A DNA stretch of 64,000 bases from an uncultured Eubacteriales bacterium (GTDB lineage Bacteria > Bacillota > Clostridia > Oscillospirales > UBA644): contig CAKSTW010000005.1 of the NCBI GenBank assembly GCA_934501435.1, positions 134,011 through 198,010 on the forward strand, in the 5' to 3' direction. Shown here in pieces: positions 1-9,700 of the stretch. Under the pieces are notes generated by a model. The model ran no database searches, was not told the DNA's origin, and worked only from the letters and a program-made list of their open reading frames with translations. Positions within the stretch are counted from its first letter, which is position 1, and each line of letters starts with the position of its first letter. The translations under genes and the position numbers were made by a program.

Positions 1-266
1 TCAAGGCTCTTGTCCGCGATCATCTCGCTGTGGTGACCGTATATCTTTGCGCCTTTGATACCGTATTTCTCTGCAAATTTAGCCGCTTTGCCGGGAATCA
101 TATCGGAAAGCGCGACGATCTCGACATCGGGCATTATGAGATAACTTTCCGCGTGGGATTCGGCGATCCAGCCTGTGCCTATGATACCGATACGAAGCTT
201 CTTATCGGAAGATATGACTTCTTTTTCTTCTGCCTGTTTGAATTGACTGAGTACTGCGTCTGCCAT
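1..266 (-). CDS. Gfo/Idh/MocA family oxidoreductase, N-terminal part (gene continues beyond the window start)
   Basis: Reverse complement of 1-266 translates to MADAVLSQFKQAEEKEVISSDKKLRIGIIGTGWIAESHAESYLIMPDVEIVALSD..., a Rossmann GxGxxG motif typical of Gfo/Idh/MocA. The start codon is + strand 'cat' at 264-266 with RBS aaaggag upstream on the minus strand. The track missed it because it runs off the window edge. Confidence 0.7.
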   Translation of the reverse strand, partial: MADAVLSQFKQAEEKEVISSDKKLRIGIIGTGWIAESHAESYLIMPDVEIVALSDMIPGKAAKFAEKYGIKGAKIYGHHSEMIADKSL

Positions 267-303
267 ATTAAAACTCCTTTATAAAGTAAATATTCTTTGA
301 TTT

Positions 304-332
304 ATGATAACATAAATATATAGTCTTGTCAA
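304..332 (-). promoter_or_regulatory. Sigma-70-like promoter for the oxidoreductase gene (-35 TTGACA, 17-nt spacer, -10 TATCAT on the minus strand)
   Basis: + strand tgtcaa at 327-332 and atgata at 304-309; reverse complement gives TTGACA-17 nt-TATCAT about 35 nt upstream of the start codon. Confidence 0.45.
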
Positions 333-352
333 TCGGTCAGTTTATGATTTTT

Positions 353-628
353 TTAGGAAAATATATAAGAAAGAGCGGGATTTTTCATGACGAAAAGCAA
401 AAACAGATATTCCGCAAGGGTGATGAACCCGACGGTATAAAAAAGTTTATAATGTTTTGTTTTGTGTCTGAAGATCAGAAATCCCGAAAAAACGCCTATG
501 CCGCTGAGCAAAAGCGACAGAATAACGAAACTTTTTTCACTTATTCTCCGAAGATTTTTCTTTGCGGCAAACTTGTCGTAGGCTGCGGCTGCAAATCCGA
601 GAACGTTCATTGCGATCATTGCGTACAT
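353..628 (-). CDS. DUF1294 family small membrane protein
   Basis: 91-aa ORF with two hydrophobic segments and the FRHKTKH motif characteristic of DUF1294. It overlaps the rlmB-like gene by 13 nt. Confidence 0.55.
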   Translation of the reverse strand: MYAMIAMNVLGFAAAAYDKFAAKKNLRRISEKSFVILSLLLSGIGVFSGFLIFRHKTKHYKLFYTVGFITLAEYLFLLFVMKNPALSYIFS

Positions 629-1365
629 TTTGATTCCCTCTGTCTTAAAATTTCAAAAGCAAAAACGGCTGTCGCCGCCGCCGTTCCGAGCGCGTTGCGG
701 AAATCGCTGCCGTAAGGAATGAAAACGTTTTTCGTTACTTCGTCCGAAACCTTTTTCGAAAGTCCGCGTTTTTCGCCGCCGACGGCAAGCAGCAGGGAAG
801 AGGTCAGGTCTGTTTCAAAGAGACTTACCGCGTTTTTTCGCTCTGCCGCAATGATTTCAAAGCCCTTTTTCTTCGCTTCTTTCAGAAATTCGCCGAGGTC
901 TTCGGGAACTGCCGCGGGGAGTTTTTCCGAGGCTCCCGCCGACGATTTTATTACGGTTCCGGCGGCTGAAAGCCAGTTTCTCTGCGGAAGAATTATCCCG
1001 GTCGCACCCGCCGCCGCAAGGGAACGCAGCGCCGACCCGAAATTGTAAGGGTCTTCAACCCCTTCGATAAGAGCGAGGAACGGGTTTCTGCCCGAAAGAA
1101 GCTCTTCGGCGTTCGCGAGTTTTCTCTCTCCGACCTCCGCCGCGATCCCTCCGTTCGTCTTTCCGAAAATGTCGTTTTCAAAAAAGTCCGCTGAAACGAT
1201 TTCGGGATTTATCCCTTTCTTTTTTGCCTGTGAAATAATGTATCTTATGTTTCTGTCGTCAAGTTTCTTTTCCGATATGTAAAGACCGAAAACGGGTCTG
1301 CTTTCGTTTTCTATTACGGCTTTGACGGAAATCGCCCCGTCGATAAATGCGTTTTCTTTTTCCAT
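616..1365 (-). CDS. TrmH/SpoU family RNA 2'-O-methyltransferase (RlmB-like 23S rRNA Gm methyltransferase)
   Basis: 249-aa ORF with SpoU MTase motifs (LIALIEGVEDPYNFGSALRSLAAAGATGIILP, LLAVGGEKRGLS, IPYGSDFRNALGTAAATAVFAFEI). Confidence 0.8.
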   Translation of the reverse strand: MEKENAFIDGAISVKAVIENESRPVFGLYISEKKLDDRNIRYIISQAKKKGINPEIVSADFFENDIFGKTNGGIAAEVGERKLANAEELLSGRNPFLALIEGVEDPYNFGSALRSLAAAGATGIILPQRNWLSAAGTVIKSSAGASEKLPAAVPEDLGEFLKEAKKKGFEIIAAERKNAVSLFETDLTSSLLLAVGGEKRGLSKKVSDEVTKNVFIPYGSDFRNALGTAAATAVFAFEILRQRESKCTQ

Positions 1366-1622
1366 TTTTCCTCCGAATATTTTTATTCAGTTATCGTTTT
1401 TCTGTCGGAATGTTTCGTTAAAATCAGAATTAAAGCGTTTGCCGCGGATATTGCCGAACGGGGATAACTCGATATATGAGTTTCCGCCTGAACCTTGTAT
1501 CTTTTCATAAAAATAATTCTTTATTTCAAAGTAAAATACCTTATTATAGTATAGCATATTTTCTGTATTTTTGCAACGGTTTCTGTTTACAATTTGTTTA
1601 CATTTTTTTTTGCGAAAAAGTC

Positions 1623-1651
1623 TTGACAAAGAACCCTTTCTGTGGTATTCT
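1623..1651 (+). promoter_or_regulatory. Putative promoter of the tRNA operon (-35 TTGACA 1623-1628, 17-nt spacer, -10 TATTCT 1646-1651)
   Basis: Read directly in AT-rich DNA about 50 nt upstream of the first tRNA. Confidence 0.45.
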
Positions 1652-1703
1652 ATATAAGCCGACAGCGAAGAAACAGTGGTGTTTCGGTAGCGAAAAGCGA
1701 TCC

Positions 1704-1779
1704 GGGAGCATAGCTCAGCTGGGAGAGCATCTGCCTTACAAGCAGAGGGTCACAGGTTCGAGCCCTGTTGTTCCCACCA
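1704..1779 (+). tRNA. tRNA-Val (anticodon TAC)
   Basis: 76-nt cloverleaf GGGAGCATAGCTCAGCTGGGAGAGC...CCTTACAAG...GGTTCGAGCCC...TCCCACCA. Anticodon loop CTTACAA. Encoded CCA. Confidence 0.9.
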
Positions 1780-1799
1780 CGCTTCGGCGAAAGATATTC

Positions 1800-1876
1800 G
1801 GCTCGGTAGTTCAGCTGGTTAGAACGCCGCCCTGTCACGGCGGAGGTCGTGGGTTCGAACCCCATCCGAGTCGCCA
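1800..1876 (+). tRNA. tRNA-Asp (anticodon GTC)
   Basis: GGCTCGGTAGTTCAGCTGGTTAGAAC...CCTGTCACG...GGTTCGAACCCC...GCCA. Anticodon loop CTGTCAC. Confidence 0.9.
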
Positions 1877-1891
1877 ACCCGAAAGGGTTAC

Positions 1892-1967
<76 letters not shown>

Positions 1968-2003
1968 TATGACCTCGGCGGTAACGACAGGGTCATATAT
2001 TAC

Positions 2004-2079
2004 GCGGAATTAGCTCATCTGGTAGAGCGCAACCTTGCCAAGGTTGAGGTAGCGGGTTCGAGCCCCGTATTCCGCTCCA
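2004..2079 (+). tRNA. tRNA-Gly (anticodon GCC)
   Basis: GCGGAATTAGCTCATCTGGTAGAGC...CTTGCCAAG...GGTTCGAGCCCC...CCGCTCCA. Confidence 0.9.
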
Positions 2080-2142
2080 TTTTTTTATCCGGAAATAAGG
2101 AAAAGTAATAATCTTTTCCTTATCCGCATAAAATAACGATAA

Positions 2143-2215
<73 letters not shown>

Positions 2216-2217
<2 letters not shown>

Positions 2218-2431
2218 AAAAAAGACAGCCGTTTGGCTGTCTTTTTTTATCCAATCCGAAGGATTGGTATATAATCCCGCATAAGCGGGTATGTAACCGC
2301 CGTCAGGCGTATGTTATAACTTTGCGAAGTCCTTTTCGGATTGATTACATACATTTTCTTGCGAAAATGATTACATTCCGACTTCGTCGGGTGATATTCG
2401 CTTCGCGAGTGTAAGCGGCGAATATAATATC
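2216..2431 (+). repeat. Direct repeat copy A (216 bp) that starts at the CCA end of tRNA-Cys
   Basis: Near-identical to 4273-4488 with the same register and no indels. It includes the terminator hairpin and several internal small hairpins (ccaatccgaaggattgg, cccgcataagcggg). Confidence 0.85.
2222..2247 (+). terminator. Intrinsic terminator of the tRNA operon
   Basis: agacagcc-gttt-ggctgtct followed by a T7 run. An identical copy sits at 4279-4304 inside the downstream direct repeat. Confidence 0.8.
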
Positions 2432-2501
2432 ACTGTGCCAACGGCACAATATCACTTTTGCGTCGGCAAAATATCACGCCGAGCGCGGCGAGGCATATCA
2501 C
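2427..2501 (+). repeat. Iteron-like array of four ATATCAC heptamers with palindromic spacers
   Basis: ATATCAC at 2427, 2449, 2471 and 2495 with 22/22/24-bp periodicity. Spacers tgtgccaacggcaca, ttttgcgtcggcaaa and gccgagcgcggcgaggc are each internally palindromic. The first unit overlaps the end of repeat copy A. Confidence 0.6.
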
Positions 2502-2553
2502 TATCTCTTTACAGATGAAAATTTTTATGATATAATTCGCTGGTATGGATAAT

Positions 2554-3454
2554 AATGCCTGACAGTATTTTGCGTTATAAATCAAAAGAATTTGCCAAGC
2601 AAATTGTATTTCTTTGCCGTGATACTAAAATCAAAACTAAGGAATCGGTATTAACAAATCAACCTTTGCGTTCCGCAAAGACTGATTCCTTTTTCAAAGG
2701 CGGTTGGTGGTAAGGACTATGATTGTTTCGTGCACTTTTATGAGGATGATACAGGCTTTGAACTGGTGTGGAGCAATCCGCAGAAGTACATTTCGATTTT
2801 GAAAAAGTACAAAGGTGTTATTACTCCGGATTTTAGCATATACCGAGATATGCCACTTGTCATGCAACAATGGAATACATATCGAAATCGTGCTATCGGT
2901 TGTTGGTTACAAGATAACGGTATTCCGACAATTGTAAATGTGCGGTGGGGAGATGAACGGACTTTTCCGTTTTGTTGTGCCGGTGCACCGAAAAACAGTA
3001 TTATTGCAATCGGCTCACACGGATGTATCAAACGTTTGCAGGAACGACCGTATAGAGATTCACAAAAAGATATACGGATGATGCGATGGTGCTCTTTCGT
3101 CCCGACAAATATGAGAGACGAATAGGTGGATATATTCTCGAATCATGTTGTGAAGAGCTTGTTGCCTTAGGGGAAAAGAATCTTCCAATTAGAGTCTTTA
3201 CACCAATGATTTTGGATTGGTCTGGAGCTAAATTTTCAAAATCGTTATATATGAAATTAAATGATTATGAAAATATTAATCAAGCTTTTAATGATTATCG
3301 AGTGTTTAAGAAAAAGTATTCAGCACAAGGAATTAATTTGGTCTGGGAACTTGCTTGTCAATGGGTTAACGAACCAAAGCGATTTTTCCGAAACTATTCA
3401 ATCGCCTATTTCGATTTGTTTTTTAAAGCATTGGAGGGAACAGAAAATGAATGA
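2554..3454 (+). pseudogene. DUF4417-family gene disrupted by at least two frameshifts
   Basis: Pieces in three frames: MPDSILRYKSKEFAKQIVFLCRDTKIKTKE (from ATG 2554), then ..LIPFSKAVGGKDYDCFVHFYEDDTGFELVWSNPQKYISILKKYKGVITPDFSIYRDMPLVMQQWNTYRNRAIGCWLQDNGIPTIVNVRWGDERTFPFCCAGAPKNSIIAIGSHGCIKRL (2655-3125), then ..MVLFRPDKYE...VFKKKYSAQGINLVW (3086-3454). The pieces match the DUF4417 core as I recall it (FSKA..DYDxFxHFYEDDxxFERVWNxPxKYxxxLKKFxGVIxPDFSxYRDMP). The DUF4417 assignment is from memory of the family. Confidence 0.5.
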
Positions 3455-3929
3455 TAGACAGTTAAGTTTGTTTGGGGATAATACTACTTATGTATTAATG
3501 TCATTACAAGAAAAATATTATAATGAAATAAAAGCTGGCAGAAAACGATATGAATTTAGAAAACAATATTGCAAGAACGGTACTACAGCATTTATTTATG
3601 TTTCAAAAAGTGTTAAAGCTATAAAAGGGATAATCACATTTGGTGAGCCTATATATGGTACTTCTGAAGAAATAAGCCGTATTTCTGAAAAAATTAATCC
3701 TAATTCTTATGAGAGCATGATGGAATATCTAAATAAGGGTAAAGGATATGCGATTCCAATAATCGATATGTGCGAGATAAAAGAAGTGACATTGGAAAAA
3801 TTGCGCACGAAGTTTAAAAACTTTGTTGTGCCCCAATCATATTATCTATTAAATAAGAAACCGGAGTTACAGGCTTTTCTGTTATCTCAGGAAATAACAG
3901 AAAAGCACGTATTTGAAAAAGAAGAATGA
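3447..3929 (+). CDS. ASCH-domain (PUA-like fold) protein
   Basis: 160 aa from ATG 3447 (RBS ggaggg, 8-nt spacing): MNDRQLSLFGDNTTYVLMSLQEKYYNEIKAGRKRYEFRKQYCKNGTTAFIYVSKSVKAIKGIITFGEPIYGTSEEI. This fits the ASCH pattern (SIKPxYxxxIxxGxKxxEFRK......xxxxIYxSxPVKxIVGxxxxxxxxxGxPEEI). Very AT-rich codon usage. Confidence 0.6.
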   Translation: MNDRQLSLFGDNTTYVLMSLQEKYYNEIKAGRKRYEFRKQYCKNGTTAFIYVSKSVKAIKGIITFGEPIYGTSEEISRISEKINPNSYESMMEYLNKGKGYAIPIIDMCEIKEVTLEKLRTKFKNFVVPQSYYLLNKKPELQAFLLSQEITEKHVFEKEE

Positions 3930-4272
3930 CTTTAATCGAGCGTTTATGCGATTCAGATATATTAAAAATTGTTTTACGGATGAAAAATGCCGATCAAGGA
4001 CAGCCTGTTTTTATAGAGCTGACGCATAAAGAATCCATTCTGAATAAACGACATATCTTATTAGCATGATTCAATTCAGATAGAAAGGAACACGATTCAA
4101 TATCCAAAGAAGATGTTGACATAATTATTCCACAGAGGGAAAAACAAGGATGATTTGTTTACACTGTTTGTGCTGTTTTGTCTCTTTAATACAAATATGA
4201 ATAGGACATAACTTAGGAAGAAAGGGCTGTGTTTAAGGCTTAAACGCATTGTGTGATTTCGTCGCGCAGGCA

Positions 4273-4488
4273 CAAAAAAAGACAGCCGTTTGGCTGTCTT
4301 TTTTTATCCAATCCGAAGGATTGGTATATAATCCCGCATAAGCGGGTATGTAACCGCCGTCAGGCGTATGTTATAACTTTGCGAAGTTCTTTTCGGATTG
4401 ATTACATACATTTTCTTACGAAATTGATTACATTCCGACTTCGTCGGGTGATATTCGCTTCGCGAGTGTAAACGGCGAATATAATATC
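4273..4488 (+). repeat. Direct repeat copy B (216 bp), including an orphan copy of the tRNA-operon terminator at 4279-4304
   Basis: Aligns base-for-base with 2216-2431 except for a few substitutions. The two spurious ORFs 2157-2414 and 4253-4471 are translations of this repeat. Confidence 0.85.
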
Positions 4489-4619
4489 TGTCACCTCCGC
4501 TCTGTCTGAGCGAAAATATCATACGGGCATGGCGTGGACTGTCGCTTGACCTGCTTTGTATTATAAACACTGTCATTTCGTCGCGCGGTCACGTAATTTC
4601 TCCACGGCGCGGAACACAC

Positions 4620-4661
4620 GCTGAAACCTTTTGCTTTTTAAGGGGTTTCAGCATTTTTTTT
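4620..4661 (+). terminator. Intrinsic terminator
   Basis: gctgaaacc...ggtttcagc stem followed by a T8 run. Confidence 0.6.
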
Positions 4662-4787
4662 GCATATTTTATAGCCCGGCGCGGCTCTTTTCGGGGAAAA
4701 TATCGGCTTTGAGGGCGATATTATGACGCCGGACAGATAGCGCCCGGCTTCCGTATGAATATATTTTTTGCATACGGGAGATCGCTG

Positions 4788-4816
4788 TTGCATTTTTGCG
4801 GATAATATGATATACT
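4788..4816 (+). promoter_or_regulatory. Promoter of the TetR gene (-35 TTGCAT 4788-4793, 17-nt spacer, -10 TATACT 4811-4816)
   Basis: Read directly from the sequence. Confidence 0.5.
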
Positions 4817-4823
4817 AATATTG

Positions 4824-4837
4824 ACTGATTAGTCAGT
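4824..4837 (+). promoter_or_regulatory. Imperfect palindrome ACTGAtTAgTCAGT at the predicted transcription start, a putative TetR operator
   Basis: 14-bp inverted repeat with 12 of 14 positions symmetric, 8 nt downstream of the -10 element and 24 nt upstream of the TetR start codon. Confidence 0.5.
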
Positions 4838-4860
4838 AATTAAAAAAAGAGGCGACTTAT

Positions 4861-5445
4861 ATGAAAGTAACGGAGCAACAGCATAATGAGCGTAAACGTG
4901 AAATGATGGAAAAATGCTTTGAATGTTATGCTGAAAACGGGCTGACGGGTACGGGCATCAAGGCTTTGGCGGCGGCGTGCGGCTGCACGACGGGAAATCT
5001 TTATTCGTATTTCAGAAGCGTGGATGAGCTGATCATCGAATCAACTGCATACTGTATGGAAAAGGTCGAGGACGATTTTATGGAGATGGCTCCAACCGAC
5101 CCCAAGGATGTTATAAGGTTTGTGAAAGAGGTTCCCTACTGGACGGCAAAAAAACACGGAAAAAAATATCGCCTGATGTATCAGATATATACTCATCCGA
5201 AATATATCGAACACGGCAAAAAGTTTTTCGAGGGCGTGAACGAACGCTATACCGAGTATGCCAAGCGGCTGGAGCCGAAGATCGGTATTCCCTATACGGT
5301 GATCACGCCGCTGATTTTTATATTCGTCCGTGCCTGCGTGCACTACGCCATGTTTGAGGACGAATATTACCTGAAATCCCAGATGGAGGTCTTAAAGCAG
5401 GGGGTCGCCCTGTTTGCGGATAAATACAAAGCAAACCAGACATAA
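4861..5445 (+). CDS. TetR/AcrR family transcriptional regulator
   Basis: N-terminal HTH GLTGTGIKALAAACGCTTGNLYSYFRSVDELI. 194 aa. RBS aagaggcgac. Confidence 0.8.
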   Translation: MKVTEQQHNERKREMMEKCFECYAENGLTGTGIKALAAACGCTTGNLYSYFRSVDELIIESTAYCMEKVEDDFMEMAPTDPKDVIRFVKEVPYWTAKKHGKKYRLMYQIYTHPKYIEHGKKFFEGVNERYTEYAKRLEPKIGIPYTVITPLIFIFVRACVHYAMFEDEYYLKSQMEVLKQGVALFADKYKANQT

Positions 5446-5528
5446 GCCTGTCAACCGCCGCTTATTTACGGCGTGAATATCGGTGCGAAATTCCGCCGTG
5501 ATAACAATTCCGAAACGGAGGAAAGAAG

Positions 5529-6701
5529 ATGAAAACAGGGAAAAAACTACTTACAGGTACACTTTTGGCGCTTTGCGCCGCTCTTTTGGTGTTTTGCATT
5601 GTGCTTGCCATAAGATTGAGCAAAACGGCAAAAACCAACGCCGCCGCATTGCCGGAGGTGCGAAACAGCGGCACTGCAATTCAATGGAGATACTCCGCCG
5701 AAGAAGAATGGCGCGACCTTGTGGCGCTTACCGAGCTTACGGGCGCTGCCGGAGAAAACGGCAGGGACGGCGAGAACGGCGAGAATGGCATCGACGGCAA
5801 GAACGGAATAAACGGGACAAACGGAAAAGACGGAAAGAACGGCGTTGACGGTAAAGACGGAGCCGACGGAAAAAACGGCAAGGACGGAATTAACGCCAAA
5901 AACATAGAGGTGCAGCGAGCCGAAACCTACATACAGTGGCGTTACGAGGGCGACGAGTGGCAGAATCTTGTTGCGATAGCCGATATCACAGGACCTGCCG
6001 GACAGAATGGCGCTGACGGTGCAAACGGAAAAACGCCGGAATTCCGCGTAAGCGAAAACACCCTGCAATGGCGCTACATCGGCGATGAAATATGGCTGAA
6101 CCTGTACGACCTTTCGGTTCTGAAAGGTCTTGACGGCAAGGACGGAGCCGACGGTAAGGACGGTGTTGACGGCGAAAAGGGAGACAAGGGCGACAAAGGT
6201 GACCCCGGCGAAAAGGGTGACAAAGGCGACAAGGGCGACCCCGGTCAGAACGGCGGAAGCTCCGGATATTTTTATGCAGAGGCAAACTCTCCGAGTGCCG
6301 TACTGAATAACAGTCGTGTCAATATTACTGTCTACGAAAAAATAAACAAGGGCGGCTTGATTTCATCCTACAGGAATAATATTACACTCAAAAAAGGACA
6401 TATTTACAGTGTCAGCATAAGCGGTTCTCTCGAGGTTGGTTCAAACGAATCTAACAAAAGCGGCAATTACTCTATTCAGATGACAGACGGGTATGATGAC
6501 AATCTGTGCAGGGAGCTTACACGAATAAAAAGGGACGGGGCAAAAATACCGTATACCAATGATCAACATTCCTTTAATTTCAGCAGAATGTATGATGCGT
6601 CAAATAAAGATATTACATTGCAGTTGAGGTTTGAAAATTCGGCATACAATACTTATCTCAATGGCTTCAGCGGTACTATTACCATAATCACTCTTGACTG
6701 A
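5529..6701 (+). CDS. Membrane-anchored collagen-like (G-X-Y) repeat protein with a C-terminal globular, BclA/C1q-like domain
   Basis: N-terminal TM anchor (LLTGTLLALCAALLVFCIVLAI). Three G-X-Y blocks (GENGRDGENGENGIDGKNG..., GPAGQNGADGANG, GLDGKDGADGKDGVDGEKGDKGDKGDPGEKGDKGDKGDPGQNG) alternate with three about 25-aa IQWRY..W..L modules. About 150-aa C-terminal domain. RBS ggaggaaagaag. Confidence 0.75.
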   Translation: MKTGKKLLTGTLLALCAALLVFCIVLAIRLSKTAKTNAAALPEVRNSGTAIQWRYSAEEEWRDLVALTELTGAAGENGRDGENGENGIDGKNGINGTNGKDGKNGVDGKDGADGKNGKDGINAKNIEVQRAETYIQWRYEGDEWQNLVAIADITGPAGQNGADGANGKTPEFRVSENTLQWRYIGDEIWLNLYDLSVLKGLDGKDGADGKDGVDGEKGDKGDKGDPGEKGDKGDKGDPGQNGGSSGYFYAEANSPSAVLNNSRVNITVYEKINKGGLISSYRNNITLKKGHIYSVSISGSLEVGSNESNKSGNYSIQMTDGYDDNLCRELTRIKRDGAKIPYTNDQHSFNFSRMYDASNKDITLQLRFENSAYNTYLNGFSGTITIITLD

Positions 6702-6733
6702 GCCGACATATACGAAAACGGAGGTAGTAAGAA

Positions 6734-9700
6734 ATGAAGAAACGAATACTCAGTATCCTGCTCACTCTTTGTATGGTGCTATGCCTTGTGCCGATAACGG
6801 TTTTTGCCGCAGGCGGTGCAAAAGCCATTCTGCCCGGTACGAGCGCCCAAAGCATATTAAAGATCGACCAAAGCAGGCTGTCCTTTGCGGGGCATGAATG
6901 GTGGGTGATCGGCCGAAAGACCGACGAAAGCAATAATGCGCCCATCATTACCCTGCTTGCGGTAAACAATGATTTCGGAGATGTCCCGTTCCGCACGGGG
7001 AGCGCCGTGCCGTTTGAAAATGCAAGCCGCTACAGCGAGGACAACGGTTATTATGCCAACAACCCGTCCGATATGTCGCAATGGAGAAAGCCCAATGAGT
7101 ATGCGGGAAGCACCTTGCAGCAGAAAATGGTTTCCCTGGCCGAGGCGATCCCCGAAAAGGAGCAGGCGGTCATCCGCCCCAAGGACATCACCAAGGGAAT
7201 CACCGGGCAGGAGGTCAAAGCGCAGAAGCTCTGGGTCTTGTCGCACGAGGATAGTATTTTTTTGTACAGAAATTCGTGCAAGTACGCTGCACAGTGGTGG
7301 ACGCGTTCTTCCAATGAGGTTTACGGCTACGGATCGTGGACGATTCATACCGATGGCAGAAGCGGCAGCGCCCGCAATGTGGACTACGATGCTGCCGTGC
7401 GGCCTGCCATGGAGCTGGATCTGTCCTCCGTTCTCTTTATATCTGCTGCCGAGCACGGAAAAGTTGCAGATTTAACGACCCCGATCGCCGAATACGCCGG
7501 AGATGAATGGAAGCTGACCTTGCATGACAGCGACCGCGACGATTTTACGGCAAAGACGGTGCTGGTCAACGGTAGTGTGCTGGAGGTCGAATACAAGAAC
7601 GCAAAAGTGGGCGATAATGAATATATATCTGCCGTTATTAAGGATGCGGACGGGAGCATTTCCCGCTATACACGCGTTGTGCAGCTGGACGGCACGACAA
7701 ACGGTACACGCGGCAGGGCAGCGATTGACCTGACCGGCATAGACATGACCGGCAAGACGCTCTGCGTGTTCAACGAGCAGTTTAACGGCGATCATAAGAC
7801 CGACTATGCCGGCGCACTTCGGGAAGTGAAGCTGACGGACGAGATCGACGAACAGTTTACCCTCACCCCCGGCGGCAGATACTATTTCGACCTTTCGGCG
7901 ATGAACATTCCCGGCACGGCAAACGATGTTCTGCCGGACAAAACAATGCACTATGTGCCTTTCACCTATGCCGGCACGGTGGACGCTTATAAGCGCACCG
8001 GTGTCTCAGACAAGAATACAGACGCTTATGAGCACAGCCTGTTTATTGTGGATTATAATGTGACCCACACCGTAAGTTGGAACGATCTGAACGCACAGGG
8101 GATGATCTTCGGCAAGACTTACACAAGCGGCGGCATTGACTATACCCTCCGCGCTCCGTCTGTTGGAAGAACTTCTATGGGCGGAGCCGAAACAAAGCGC
8201 GGTGCTCCGATCAATAATGAGTGGGACACCATTTTTGACAAAGCAAAACAGGACCGTCTTGACAATACAGGCGGCTACATCAAGAATTGGAAGGACATAT
8301 ATAGCTTTGGACAGGAAGGATACCTTGACGTAAAAGATAAGCCTGCTATCCGTGGGCATGATTCGGCTTACTTCTATACCTACGCAGGTGCATCGAGCAC
8401 CGAAGCGGGCTATGGCTACCGTCCCGTCCTGGAGCTGCCGACTGGCCTGGCCGCCGACAGCCTGAAGGCGGTTGAGTTGATCACGGCCGGTTATATGCCC
8501 GGCGAGCAGCAGAACAGCATCAACATCATCGTGAAAAAGGGTGAGAGCTTCAAAGCGCCCTCTGCCGAGGGACTGCCCCTTTACGACGACATCTCTGCCG
8601 ACACACCCATGCGGTGGGTAGACGAAAACTGGAACTTCTATAAGTCCGGCGATACCGTTCCGGCGGATGTTTCGGAGCTTTACGCTTTCTATGGCGGCTT
8701 AGGTCTGTTTTTGGATCGGGGCAACGGCGAAGTCGAGGTCACACCGGACAATTATACCGATATTTTCGGCGACGGGACTGCCTCCTTTGTTCTTCCAAAG
8801 GGCAAAAGCCTTTCTTCTCTTGAGGAATCAGGGAATCTGACATCCAAGGATATTTTGGGAATTTATTCGACCGGCAAGCTTGAAAAGTACGGCAGTGTTT
8901 TTCCGAATCTGAAGCTCAAAAACGCAGACCTGACCTCTGTTCGCCTGAGCGAAGAGTATATCGGACAAGAAAGCCCGCTCTTTATCACGGCGGACGGAAA
9001 GAATACCGTCGGAAGCCTGAACGGAATCAGCATGAGCAGGGACACTCTTTCCATCCTCGGCGACGGCTCGCTGACGCTGAACGGCGCACTGACGCTTTGG
9101 CAATACACCCAGTACGGCGGCGGAAGCGTCACCATGGCGGACGGGCTGACAGCATACTATCTTTCTATAGACAGCGGCTCGCTTACCGTAACGGGCGATA
9201 CGCAGGCTATTACGTTCCGGAATCAGTATCTCAGCGATCTGTATATGGGCGACGGCGTGCGGCTGTTCACGGGCTCTTCGGCGCAGGACGCCACAGAGGC
9301 TGTTATTCCCCAGCTTTCCGCTGAAATGCAGGAACTGTATCAGCGCTATCTGGCGGATGACAATACGCTGACATATGAAGAGATTTCCGCACTGAGCAAC
9401 GCACTCAGAGAGCGGTTCAACGCCATCCTCCCGCTGTTCTCCGGCAAGACCTATGTGCGTATCACGGGCGCTTGGGATGTGACCTATCAGCCCGGAGAAA
9501 ACGGCAACGGCAATGCGGTAACGGATATCAAATTCTATAACGATATCCTCACGCTGCGCGGCAAGCTGTTCACCCGCACAGGCTATACCCAGACCGGCTG
9601 GGCGACCGTGGACGGCGGCGAAAAGGTGTATGGCTTTGAAGACGTTTATACGCAAAACGCGGCGCTGACGCTCTATCCCGTTTGGAACACGAATAAATAC

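Larger units (their letters stand above)
2434..4272 (+). mobile_element. AT-rich islet between the two direct repeats (putative decayed integrative element at the tRNA-Cys 3' flank)
   Basis: Visibly lower GC than the flanks. It carries a frameshifted DUF4417 gene and an ASCH gene, sits next to a tRNA, is bounded by 216-bp direct repeats and has an iteron array at the left end. No recombinase gene is present. Confidence 0.4.

Noticed and set aside
326-715. 129-aa plus-strand ORF
   Set aside because: It overlaps the minus-strand DUF1294 and rlmB-like genes, which have recognisable family motifs. No RBS.
2427-2501. Possible CRISPR array
   Set aside because: The units are 7 bp with 15-17-bp spacers. 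This is far below CRISPR repeat and spacer sizes, and no cas genes are present. Interpreted as iterons.
5483-5848. 121-aa Arg-rich ORF
   Set aside because: Alternative frame inside the collagen-like gene. The R/K-rich composition is typical of frame-shifted GGN-repeat DNA.
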